Notes: a model not told the origin generated them from the letters alone. Shown: positions 10,341 to 19,730, counted from the stretch's first letter. The stretch is DNA of 32,000 nucleotides from Wolbachia endosymbiont of Litomosoides sigmodontis (GCF_013365435.1 NZ_CP046577.1:1-32000), one strand, 5' to 3'. Numbers and translations are program-made.

Positions 10341-11615
10341 GTGTCAAACAAAATAGGCTTTTTAGCTGTTTTTGCCTTAGTAATTAGTAGCCAGATTGGC
10401 TCTGGAATTTTTATGATTCCAGTTAGTCTTGCACCATATGGCGTTTATAGCCTTGTAAGCTGGGCGATATCAGGGCTCGGTGTTATATTTCTTGCTTTAG
10501 TTTTTGCATTGCTCTGCGCGAAATTTCCAGAAACTGGTGGTCCTCATGTTTACGTGGGGCATGCTTTTAGTCCTACAGCAGCTTTTTTTGTCGGTTGGAC
10601 GTATTGGGCGAGCTCATGGGTTAGTTCAACAGCTGTAATAGTTGCAAGTATTGGCTACTTAGCTCCACTTTTTTATGACGATATACAAAATACACGTTTG
10701 CTTTTAGAAATAGCATTAATCTTAGTTATTATGCTAATAAACTTAAGAGGTATAACTGCTGTCGGACATATTGAATTTCTGTTGATGATTGTTAAAATTA
10801 TCGTGCTATTTGTAGTACCCATAGCGGCACTACTCCTTTTTGATAAAAATAACTTTGTTGTAAGCGAGGAAATATCAAATCTCACAATATCTCAGGCTTT
10901 TGCTCGTTCTACACTTCTTACTTTATGGTGTTTCATTGGATTTGAAACAGTGACAGCATCTGCAGGATCAGTTAAAACTCCAAGTAAAACAATTCCAAAA
11001 GCTATAGTGTTTGGCACGTTTTTTGTTGCTATTATATACTTCATCAATAGCTTTGCAATTATGGGATTGATTAATAGCAATTGCTTAGTCAGCTCAAAAG
11101 CACCATATGCTGATGTAATAAAAATAATTTTGCCTGGTAATTGGCATTTAATTATTTCCATTGTTGCTTTCATCATTTCCGTAAGTAGTTTAAACGCTTG
11201 GTTTTTAGCCGATGGACAAGTTGCTTTGGGCCTTGCAAAAGATAAATTGATGCCGCAATTTCTTGCTAAAAAAAATAAGTATGATGCTCCATTTTGTGGT
11301 ATTATAGTCAACACGTTGGGAATATTAGCTTTACTTGCTTTAACATCGAGCGAAAATTTTGCCAAGCAAGTAACTTCAATAATTGATACCTCTGTAATTT
11401 CATTTTTGTTTGTTTACTTAACATGCTGTCTTGCTTTCCTTAAAGTCATTATACAAGAGAAAAATTACTACCAATTTTTAATTGGAGGTGTAGCTATACT
11501 TTTTTGTTGTTGGATAATATATGAGACTCCTATAAACACATTGTTAATGTCAGGTATATTTCCTTTAAGCGGCGTACTCACCTATCTGCTTTGGTACCGC
11601 AAGTCTGCAAAGTGA
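10341..11615 (+). CDS. APC-superfamily amino-acid (basic amino acid/polyamine antiporter-like) permease, paralogue 1
   Basis: 424-aa multi-TM ORF with SSQIGSGIFM and FPETGGPHVYV motifs typical of APC transporters. GTG start. Confidence 0.85.
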   Translation: MSNKIGFLAVFALVISSQIGSGIFMIPVSLAPYGVYSLVSWAISGLGVIFLALVFALLCAKFPETGGPHVYVGHAFSPTAAFFVGWTYWASSWVSSTAVIVASIGYLAPLFYDDIQNTRLLLEIALILVIMLINLRGITAVGHIEFLLMIVKIIVLFVVPIAALLLFDKNNFVVSEEISNLTISQAFARSTLLTLWCFIGFETVTASAGSVKTPSKTIPKAIVFGTFFVAIIYFINSFAIMGLINSNCLVSSKAPYADVIKIILPGNWHLIISIVAFIISVSSLNAWFLADGQVALGLAKDKLMPQFLAKKNKYDAPFCGIIVNTLGILALLALTSSENFAKQVTSIIDTSVISFLFVYLTCCLAFLKVIIQEKNYYQFLIGGVAILFCCWIIYETPINTLLMSGIFPLSGVLTYLLWYRKSAK

Positions 11616-11716
11616 TCTTCTTAAGAACTTAACTCAAAAATATAGTTTTTTATTTATTAAAATTCTGGGGAATCAGGTTATACTACTGGCTTACACTAAT
11701 AAAATTGAGAGGTGCT

Positions 11717-12994
11717 GTGTCAAATAAAATAGGTTTTTTGGCTATTTTCGCTTTAGTAATCAGTAGTCAAATTGGCTCTGGCATTTTTATGCTGCCGATT
11801 AGCCTTGCACCATACGGCATTTATAGCCTCATAAGTTGGGCGATATCAGGATTTGGTGCTGTGTCTCTTGCTCTAGTCTTTGCTACACTATGTGCAAAAT
11901 TTCCAGAGACTGGAGGTCCTCACGTTTATGTAAAATATGCTTTTGGCCCTACTGCAGCCTTTTTTGTTGGTTGGACATATTGGGTAATCTCGTGGGTTAG
12001 CACAACAGCTTTGATAATTGTAGGTGTTGGATATCTTACACCATTTCTCCATGAAAGTGTCAAAAACATACGCTTGCCTTTAGAATTATTATTATTTATA
12101 ATTATTACATTAATAAATTTAAGAGGAGTAACTACCGCTGGACGCGTTGAATTTCTATTGATGGTTATAAAAATAGCTGTATTACTTGCAGTACCCGTAG
12201 TAGCATTGTTTTTTTTTAATAGAAACAATTTTATTGTAGGTGAAGAAATTTCAGGTCTTACAATGTCGCAGATTCTTGCCCGTTCTACACTCCTGACTTT
12301 ATGGTGTTTCGTTGGAGTTGAATTGGCGACAGCACCTGCAGGATCAGTTAATAATCCAGCAAAAACTATACCAAAAGCTATAGTGCTTGGAACAAGCTGT
12401 GTTGCTATCATATATTTTATCAACAACTTTGCAATCATGGGGTTAATAAACGGTAATGATTTAGCAAACTCGAGAGCGCCATACGTTGATGCGATAAGAA
12501 TTATATTTTCTGGTAATTGGCATTTGATCATTTCTATAGTTGCATTTATTTTTTGTGTTGGCAGTTTAAACGCCTGGGTCTTGTCTAGTGGACAAGTTGC
12601 TTTTGGTCTTGCAAAAGATAAATTGACGCCACAATTCTTTGCTAAAAGAAACGAACATGGGTCCCCTTTTTGGGGAATAATAATCAGCTCAGCTGGAACT
12701 GCGATTTTACTAATTCTTACTTCAAACAACAATTTCGCTCAACAGATTACATCGATTGTTGACTTTTCTGTAGTTTCATTTTTATTTATCTACCTAGCAT
12801 GCAGTCTTGCTTTTCTAAAGGTTGTTATAAAAGAGAAAAGTTATTACAAGCTTTTAATTGGCAGTATAGCAACAACCTTTTGTTGCTGGGTGATACTTGA
12901 AACTCCTATAAACACCTTATTAATTGCAAGCTTATTTACCATGAGTGGCGTGCCTCTTTATTTATTTTGGTACCGTAAGGTTTACGCACAATAA
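11717..12994 (+). CDS. APC-superfamily amino-acid permease, paralogue 2 (tandem duplicate)
   Basis: Collinear with paralogue 1 at ~70% aa identity by eye. Start placed at GTG 11717 (V-SNKIGFLA) by analogy with paralogue 1; the ORF track begins at TTG 11705. Confidence 0.85.
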   Translation: MSNKIGFLAIFALVISSQIGSGIFMLPISLAPYGIYSLISWAISGFGAVSLALVFATLCAKFPETGGPHVYVKYAFGPTAAFFVGWTYWVISWVSTTALIIVGVGYLTPFLHESVKNIRLPLELLLFIIITLINLRGVTTAGRVEFLLMVIKIAVLLAVPVVALFFFNRNNFIVGEEISGLTMSQILARSTLLTLWCFVGVELATAPAGSVNNPAKTIPKAIVLGTSCVAIIYFINNFAIMGLINGNDLANSRAPYVDAIRIIFSGNWHLIISIVAFIFCVGSLNAWVLSSGQVAFGLAKDKLTPQFFAKRNEHGSPFWGIIISSAGTAILLILTSNNNFAQQITSIVDFSVVSFLFIYLACSLAFLKVVIKEKSYYKLLIGSIATTFCCWVILETPINTLLIASLFTMSGVPLYLFWYRKVYAQ

Positions 12995-13027
12995 ATATTA
13001 TGCAGATGTTCTTGGAATGGTTCATAT

Positions 13028-13441
13028 TTATGGATTACGACTTTTTTTGTCATCCACTTGTTCAATGTTACTCTTCTTAAGTTTGCTGCTTATTTCTTCT
13101 GTATGCTTATCATCTATGTGAGACTCCTCTTTTGTTTTACTAGAGCGACCTATTTGTAATTGTAGTTTATTATATGTTTCTTTCTCAGATGTAAAAATTT
13201 TTGCTAAAAATCTTCCTATCACTAGTATTGACTCCAATAAACCTCTTGACTTTGAAGGTTGTTGTTCTATTTCTGAAAAACGTGTTTTAACTGTTTTTAC
13301 AGCATATTTTTTATCGTCAAAATTTATATCATATCTTCTTTTTGAGAGAATATTTTGAACCTTTGACTCATTAATTCTCTTCTCATCTTGAGATGTGGAT
13401 GTTGTAGGTTTTACCTTAGTTTCATCATACTTATCGCTCAT
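13028..13441 (-). CDS. Hypothetical protein (137 aa), Lys/Glu/Ser-rich, orphan
   Basis: ORF only. One hydrophobic segment (GLLESILVIGRFLAKIF) in an otherwise highly charged sequence. Confidence 0.4.
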   Translation of the reverse strand: MSDKYDETKVKPTTSTSQDEKRINESKVQNILSKRRYDINFDDKKYAVKTVKTRFSEIEQQPSKSRGLLESILVIGRFLAKIFTSEKETYNKLQLQIGRSSKTKEESHIDDKHTEEISSKLKKSNIEQVDDKKSRNP

Positions 13442-13525
13442 CTCTCACTTTATTATGTAATATTATTAATATTGCATAATAATAACTAAATTATAATTAA
13501 TTGCAAGGTAAAAATATTAAAATAA

Positions 13526-13553
13526 TTGTAAATTTTGTCGGTAAAAATATAAT
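13526..13553 (+). promoter_or_regulatory. Possible sigma70-type promoter for asd
   Basis: TTGTAA (13526-13531), 16-bp spacer, TATAAT (13548-13553), ~30 nt before the asd ATG. Such matches are common by chance in AT-rich DNA. Confidence 0.25.
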
Positions 13554-13582
13554 ATGACTTTGAAGTGGGAGTTTTAATCTGT

Positions 13583-14644
13583 ATGGGATATAGAATTGCT
13601 GTTGTTGGAGCAACTGGGAGAGTAGGACATGAGGTACTGAGTGTACTTGCTGAATTTCAAGACGAGGGAAAAATTTCAATAGATTCTGTTATTGGGTTTG
13701 CATCAGAAAAATCGATGGGGAAAAAGGTGAGTTTTGGCAATGAAAAGTTAACTGTGTCATGTCTTGAGAATTATGATTTTGCTGATGTCGATATAGCTAT
13801 CTTCTGTGCTGGATACTATATTTCAGAAAGGTACGTGCCAATTGCAACTGAAGCAGGATGCATCGTAATAGATAACAGCTCTTATTTTAGGATGAAAGAA
13901 GGCATACCACTAATTATTCCAGAGATTAATAAAGAAAGAATCATGAAATACAAAAACTACAACATAATATCTAACCCAAACTGTACTATAATACAGATGC
14001 TGTTAGTTCTGCATTTATTACACCAAAAAGCAAAAATAAAGAGAATCGTTGCTTCAACTTATCAATCAACTTCTGGTGCAGGTAAAGCAGCAATGGATGA
14101 ACTCTATAATCAGACAAAAAAAATCTTCATGAATGAAGCTAAAAAGCCTGAAATATTCCCTAAGCAAATAGCATTCAATTGCATTCCTCATATAGGAGAG
14201 TTTATGAAAGATGGCTCTACAAAAGAGGAATGGAAGATGCAAGAGGAGACAAAAAAAATTTTGGAAGCAGATATAAAAGTTACTGCAACTTGTGTAAGGG
14301 TGCCAGTTTTTATTGGTCATGCTATAGCAGTAAATGTAGAGTTTTATCAACAAATAACTGAAGAACAAGCTCGTAAAATGCTAAGTGAAGTTGAAGATAC
14401 TGGAATTTTAGTATATGATAAGCGAAGAGACGGAGAATATACAACTCAAATTGATGTTGTACAGGAAGACGCAGTTTATGTATCACGTATTAGAAGAGAT
14501 AATACTGTTGAACATGGGTTAAATATGTGGATAGTGGCTGATAATCTGCGCAAAGGTGCGGCACTGAATATAGTACAAATTTTGGAGATCTTGACGAGGG
14601 AACATTTGTCAATTAAGTGCATACAGAGTGCGCGTACGTTGTAG
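13583..14644 (+). CDS. asd: Aspartate-semialdehyde dehydrogenase
   Basis: IAVVGATGRVG Rossmann motif, active-site SNPNCT and QSTSGAG. Start placed at ATG 13583; the ORF track starts at GTG 13565. Confidence 0.9.
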   Translation: MGYRIAVVGATGRVGHEVLSVLAEFQDEGKISIDSVIGFASEKSMGKKVSFGNEKLTVSCLENYDFADVDIAIFCAGYYISERYVPIATEAGCIVIDNSSYFRMKEGIPLIIPEINKERIMKYKNYNIISNPNCTIIQMLLVLHLLHQKAKIKRIVASTYQSTSGAGKAAMDELYNQTKKIFMNEAKKPEIFPKQIAFNCIPHIGEFMKDGSTKEEWKMQEETKKILEADIKVTATCVRVPVFIGHAIAVNVEFYQQITEEQARKMLSEVEDTGILVYDKRRDGEYTTQIDVVQEDAVYVSRIRRDNTVEHGLNMWIVADNLRKGAALNIVQILEILTREHLSIKCIQSARTL

Positions 14645-14997
14645 TTCGAAAAAAAAATTTGCATACTAAAATGTGCGTCATTTAAGTAGTCTGTGGAAAC
14701 AAAAAACGCTTGATAAATTTTGCCGAACTCCTTAATGATTCTGAAGGTATTCAGTTATTTTTAATCTTAAAGATGAAGTATTATATGATTAGCGTCTTAT
14801 TGTTTAATTTTTTGCACTATGTGCATCTTATGTCTTTACAATGTTTCTTCATAATTTTACCTGTGTGAGCTGAAACGCTCTTATAAAGCGTTTAAAGCAG
14901 TATCAATGTGCCAATTTGCAAGATTAAAGAGTAAACCGCCTAACACCGTATAGCTTTTTGCCTTTTAGTAGATTTCTTAAACATTTATGACTAAAGG

Positions 14998-16036
14998 TTA
15001 CACCAAATTCCACTGTGCAAAGAGCGGATAGGCAATAATAGAGAAGAAGCCATACTGAAGTAAGTGAATGATGGTTTAAATGTTGTTGAATTAAAATTAT
15101 TGGATGAAAAAGTCATGAAATTGGCAAAAGAAATGCTGAAGAAAATGCAAAATAACACATATGTTACAAAAAAACTAAATACTGTAATTGCAACAAAAAA
15201 GCACAGTATAACAGACATAGCAAAAATATATTGCATTTCAAGAATAGTACTAACTGCATGATAAATCACTTAAAATTTGAAAAAGAAGCCTCCTCAACGT
15301 TATGGAAAAACTAAATTGAATCATAGTTAATTTGCACAAGTTAAAGTATTGGTACAAGAAAATCTTAATATTATTATAAAAAAAATAAGAATGATAATCA
15401 GGAAAAATTTGGCTTAAATGTCAGTAAATCTACAGTACACTGTAATATGCAAAAAATGAAGTTTTCGTATATTATGCTAAGGCTAGTTTACAATAAATAA
15501 GATGAGGTAGGCAAGAAGAGTAAAAAAAACTTAATGAGCTATTGGTAAGTAGCCTGAACAAGAGTCATCATTCCTTAATGAATTGCATTTGGCATACATC
15601 AGAAAGTTGGACACAGGTTGAAGTAAAATTAGGTAGATAAAATTTTTACCTCTACAGTGTAGTCTATTTTAGAAATGGAGAGAGAGTTACAAACTTATTT
15701 GCACTGAATGTCAATATTTGATTGTATGAATATATTTCTTAAACAAGTGTTGTGTAATATTTAAAAACAAGAGAATCCTTTCTTGTCATAAATGTGCTGT
15801 TAGTATAAGTCAAAAAATTTAAAGGTACTTATAAAAATATTGAGAATACTACCATCATACTCACAAAAGCTCAGTTCTATTGAGAGATTTTGGTTATGTG
15901 TAAAACAAAACATTTTGCATAATAAGGGCAATAATACAATTGCTTTATTTGAGAGTGCTTTGTGCAATTTATATTACCTTCTTTCTCACTTCGCAATGTC
16001 ACTTATTTGATTCATTAACAATAAAAATTAGTATTA
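14998..16036 (+). mobile_element. IS630-family element, near full-length, degenerate
   Basis: The 65-aa N-terminal remnant (15064-15261) carries an HTH-like ...HSITDIAKIYCISRIVLT. A downstream remnant reads KSKNLKV...ILPSYSQKLSSIERFW. Terminal AAAATTAGTATT at 16024-16035. Many stops. Confidence 0.75.
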
Positions 16037-16260
16037 AGCGCTTTATCCATGCAGTCAATGCTGCTCTTGAAATAGAATATATTTTTTGCAATATATACAT
16101 TATTTTGTACTTTTTTCAGCCTTTCTTTTGCTGATTCCACAACCTTTTCATCCAATAATTTTGATTTCAATACCATTTAAACCTTGCTATTTTGTTTACT
16201 TCTGCATATCTTTTTTCCATTATTGTCTACCAATTCCTTGTACAGTGAAAATTAGTATTA
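16037..16260 (-). mobile_element. IS630-family element, 5' fragment in inverted orientation abutting the 3' end of the previous copy
   Basis: Aligns to the first ~225 bp of the element on the minus strand and ends CAGTGAAAATTAGTATTA at 16243-16260. Confidence 0.6.
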
Positions 16261-16295
16261 GAAGAGTTAACTAGAATTACAGGAAATTTTGATAG

Positions 16296-16820
16296 TTATA
16301 TGCTACTATGCCTAACACGTATCTCAGTGATTATAATATCCAGTTTTTGATCATGTTCTTCTACTGGTAAATCTTTATAATATTGTTCTTCATAAGCTAT
16401 ACCTATAAATACTTTCTTAAGTGGTCGTAACTCTTTTATCGCAGCATCGTACCAACCACTACCAAGACCTAATCTATTAAGATGATCATCAAAAGCAACG
16501 ATAGGAGTGATAATTGTATCTGGAATTATGTATTCACTTACTTTATTCCATTTTTTAAATCTTAATAGCTTATTTTTATCAGAAACTGCTACTTTATAAC
16601 CTAAATCGAGTAAATTATATATCAAAGGTATAACGTTTATCTCACCATCAATTGGAATATAAGCAGCAATTGTCTTGCCCTTAACGTAATTTAAGTTCTG
16701 ATTAAAGAGATTAATAAGGGAATTCGTTGCATAACTAAAATAATCCTCATTAATATTTTTTCTTATAGCTCTATATTGTTCTCTTATCTTCTTTTTTTGT
16801 TGTTTAATATCTTTGAACAT
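16296..16820 (-). CDS. 5-formyltetrahydrofolate cyclo-ligase family protein
   Basis: 174-aa ORF with the family pattern ...AAYIPIDGEIN...VAFDDHLNRLGLGSGWYD...EEHDQKLDIIITE. Confidence 0.78.
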   Translation of the reverse strand: MFKDIKQQKKKIREQYRAIRKNINEDYFSYATNSLINLFNQNLNYVKGKTIAAYIPIDGEINVIPLIYNLLDLGYKVAVSDKNKLLRFKKWNKVSEYIIPDTIITPIVAFDDHLNRLGLGSGWYDAAIKELRPLKKVFIGIAYEEQYYKDLPVEEHDQKLDIIITEIRVRHSSI

Positions 16821-17433
16821 AATCTATCCATTTTGCAGTGAGTTTTTCTTGTAAATTATTTTGCTTCAAACGTTCACTTAAAAAATCAAAGTCAACAGAT
16901 TCCATAGCCTGGTCTTGGTTATTGCAACTATACGCATAACTCTCTTCTCCTGTTTCTATATTTACATGTCGCTGCACACACTGAGCGCAGATTTCTTTCA
17001 TCATACACTGCATAGGAGAATTGATTGATGATATTGCCACGTGGCCAGATTTCAGATATGGCTTTAAAACTGTTTTTCTCGCTTCATTTACAGCTTTCAT
17101 CATTTTATCTGAACCTATAGTAATAATTCTATCTATGGCATTTAAATTAATTACAGTATCACCTAATGTTTCTTGTTGGTAAGAGATTATTGCATCAATT
17201 ACATTACCATGAAAGGATTTATCTTGATCTCTGTTTGTTTCTATCAAGCCTTCTTCACATGCCCAAACCACCACACTTGATGCATGTTCTATCAGTGTCC
17301 GTTTAAATAGAACATTTAATTTTCTATAGCCAGCAAAGTATAAAACCTTATTATTATTTTCGAGATATGCTTTCCCTATTGAAAATAATACTGCATTTCC
17401 AACTCCACCACCAATGAGCATTACATTCTTCAT
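16804..17433 (-). CDS. PyrK/NfnA-like oxidoreductase, NAD-binding plus 2Fe-2S domains only (N-terminally truncated relative to the family)
   Basis: Begins directly at the NAD-binding motif MLIGGGVGNAVL. C-terminal Cys cluster CMMKEICAQC...YSC resembles the PyrK-type 2Fe-2S site. No FAD-binding barrel is present, and only 141 bp separate it from purF. Confidence 0.55.
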   Translation of the reverse strand: MKNVMLIGGGVGNAVLFSIGKAYLENNNKVLYFAGYRKLNVLFKRTLIEHASSVVVWACEEGLIETNRDQDKSFHGNVIDAIISYQQETLGDTVINLNAIDRIITIGSDKMMKAVNEARKTVLKPYLKSGHVAISSINSPMQCMMKEICAQCVQRHVNIETGEESYAYSCNNQDQAMESVDFDFLSERLKQNNLQEKLTAKWIDYVQRY

Positions 17434-17574
17434 GTACTATTTTAACCATAGAAGCTCTTTTTGTTCAAATTTTCTGAGGTTTAATAGAAAAATTAATTTT
17501 GAAGTGGTATGGTAAATAAAATGCTTGTGCTTTACTTATGCTAAAGTAAAATTAAAATTTACTCAGTAGTTTTT

Positions 17575-18960
17575 ATGCTCGATGAAATACACGAAGAATG
17601 CGGAGTATTTGGTATAAGCTGCAATAAAGATGCTGCCTTTGACTCTATATTAGGTCTTCATGCTTTGCAGCATAGAGGGCAAGAATCTTTTGGTATAGCA
17701 ACAAATAACAATGATAAGTTACATTCTTATCATTTTCAAGGTCAAGTGAGTAATGTACTTGACAATATAGATAAAATAAAGAAATCCTTGCCTGGAAATT
17801 ATGCAATAGGTCACGTTCGATATTCAACAAGTGGCAGTAAATCTGGAGTGCAGCCCATGCTTGGCAGAAGTAATAGATTTGGAGATTTTGCTATAGCACA
17901 TAACGGTAGCTTAATTAATATTTCTCCAATACGCGAGCAGTTGATTAAACAGGGATGCATTTTTCAATCAGATATTGATACAGAAGTAGTAGCGCGTTTG
18001 GTAGAGTCCAATACGGAAAGTAGTTTTCTAGAGAGTTTTATATATGCATTAAAGCAAATACAAGGCGCTTATTCTTTTGTAGCAATCAATCGAGAAGTAG
18101 TTGTTGGAGTACGTGATTCAGCAGGAATTAGACCTCTTGTTTTAGGGAAATTAAATAGTTCTTATGTACTCGCATCTGAGACTTGTGCTCTTGATATAGT
18201 AAATGCAGAGTTTATTAGAGAAATAGAACCAGGAGAATTAGTTACTATTGATCGAAATGGTAATCTAGCTTCGGCATTTCCTCTTTCTCAGCAAAAGTCA
18301 AGTTTCTGTATCTTTGAATATGTTTATTTTTCAAGGCCAGATAGCATAACAGAGGATAGGTCTACATACGATATAAGGAAAGAGATAGGAAGGACTCTTG
18401 CAGAAGAGAGTCCACCGAAAAGTGATGCAGATATGGTTGTACCAATACCTGATTCTGGAATACCTGCAGCCATTGGATACGCAAAATATTCAGGGTTACC
18501 TATAGAATTGGGAATAATTCGTAATCATTGCATTGGAAGAACTTTTATACAACCAACCGCTGAAGTACGTAAAGTTAGAATTAAATTAAAATTTAACGCT
18601 AATAAGCACCTTTTAAAAGGTAAGAACATAGTTTTAATAGACGATAGTGTAGTGCGTGGTAGTACACTAAGAAGTATAATAGTTATGCTAAAAGATGCAG
18701 GAGTAAAAGAAATTCATTTAAAAATCTCAAGCCCGCCAATTAAGCATTCTTGTTTTTATGGAATTGATACACCAGAGCGCAAGGATTTAATTGCCACAAG
18801 TAAGTCCGTAGAGGAAATAGAGGCAAGCATAGGGGTCAATAGTTTAACTTTCTTAAGTATTGATGGACTATATCAGGCTGTTAACGGAGAGAGGCGTAAT
18901 AATATAACTCCACAATACTGTGATGCTTGTTTTACTGGTGATTATCCGATTGGTAAGTAG
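17575..18960 (+). CDS. purF: Amidophosphoribosyltransferase
   Basis: 461-aa ORF with the N-terminal nucleophile context ECGVFGI, the PRPP motif VLIDDSVVRGST, and C-terminal Cys residues. Confidence 0.92.
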   Translation: MLDEIHEECGVFGISCNKDAAFDSILGLHALQHRGQESFGIATNNNDKLHSYHFQGQVSNVLDNIDKIKKSLPGNYAIGHVRYSTSGSKSGVQPMLGRSNRFGDFAIAHNGSLINISPIREQLIKQGCIFQSDIDTEVVARLVESNTESSFLESFIYALKQIQGAYSFVAINREVVVGVRDSAGIRPLVLGKLNSSYVLASETCALDIVNAEFIREIEPGELVTIDRNGNLASAFPLSQQKSSFCIFEYVYFSRPDSITEDRSTYDIRKEIGRTLAEESPPKSDADMVVPIPDSGIPAAIGYAKYSGLPIELGIIRNHCIGRTFIQPTAEVRKVRIKLKFNANKHLLKGKNIVLIDDSVVRGSTLRSIIVMLKDAGVKEIHLKISSPPIKHSCFYGIDTPERKDLIATSKSVEEIEASIGVNSLTFLSIDGLYQAVNGERRNNITPQYCDACFTGDYPIGK

Positions 18961-18986
18961 CTTAAGCAAGATCATTAGAATTCGGT

Positions 18987-19496
18987 TTAGAAAATTTTAA
19001 ATCGCCAAAATTTTTCTTTGCCTTTACTGACCCCGATTCTTGGAGTACAAACGTAATCCGGTTTAAGGTGGGATTCATAAACACAAAATTTGTGGCTTAT
19101 AGTGAGATCTCGTTTATTATGTTCTTTTGTAATATTTAATCTTTTGCACAGTATTCCAGGCCCATTTAAAGTAGCTTTAAGAGGTTCGATAAGGTTTAGT
19201 CCCCGTATTAGAACTGCTGCTGGGAACCCTTCTGTTTCTGTTACAATGTTTAAGCAGTAGTACATTCCATATATAAAGTACACGTATGAAAACCCTGATA
19301 TACCAAACATTACCGAGGTTCGATCAGTATAACCTCGTGCTGCATGACAAGCTTGGTCGTCCATTCCTACATATGCTTCAACTTCAGTTATTACTCCACT
19401 GAAGTTAGAAAATTTTAGCGTTTTTCCCAATAACTCCCCAGCTACAACCAAAGTTGGCCGTTCATAAAAACTTCTCGGTAGTATTTTGTTATTCAT
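18987..19496 (-). CDS. mpg: DNA-3-methyladenine glycosylase (MPG/AAG family)
   Basis: 169-aa ORF with FYERPTLVVAGELLGK, EVEAY..DQACHA and YVYFIYGMYYCLNIV, as in the AAG/Mpg family. Confidence 0.85.
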   Translation of the reverse strand: MNNKILPRSFYERPTLVVAGELLGKTLKFSNFSGVITEVEAYVGMDDQACHAARGYTDRTSVMFGISGFSYVYFIYGMYYCLNIVTETEGFPAAVLIRGLNLIEPLKATLNGPGILCKRLNITKEHNKRDLTISHKFCVYESHLKPDYVCTPRIGVSKGKEKFWRFKIF

Positions 19497-19504
19497 TATA
19501 AAAG

Positions 19505-19536
19505 TATAAGTTGCTTATATTTACAAGCAACTTATA
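19505..19536. repeat. Perfect 12-bp inverted repeat (hairpin) immediately upstream of the mpg start codon
   Basis: TATAAGTTGCTT (19505-19516), loop ATATTTAC, AAGCAACTTATA (19525-19536). A T-rich run follows on the plus strand. Confidence 0.5.
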
Positions 19537-19730
19537 TTATTTTTACTTTTTCTTACCTATTCGCTTGAGCAGAGAGAACTTGTTGTGCTTATGATGTGCT
19601 CACATTTGCTAATTTGTGGTAAAATTCTTGTTATTTTAGAACCTTTTTATTGCAACGTCACAGTTATAATGATAATACTTCGTGTAAAGGCCTTTTGTTT
19701 TTCTACCTTTATTTCTTTATATGTTTTTAA

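Noticed and set aside
11926-12732. 268-aa antisense ORF inside permease 2, and the homologous 157-aa antisense ORF at 10892-11365 inside permease 1
   Set aside because: The sense strand has unambiguous APC-transporter motifs along its whole length. The antisense products are low-complexity with no motif. They occur at homologous positions only because the two genes are nucleotide paralogues. Long shadow ORFs arise when the sense frame happens to avoid the trinucleotides that read as stops on the opposite strand.
14645-14997. Possible additional IS630 3' fragment to the left of the copy at 14998, which would complete a third three-part composite
   Set aside because: Short patches resemble the element (e.g. 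ATAAATGTT...TAAGAA on the minus strand). Other patches match in the opposite orientation, so the signals are mutually inconsistent. A profile search is needed and it is not called.
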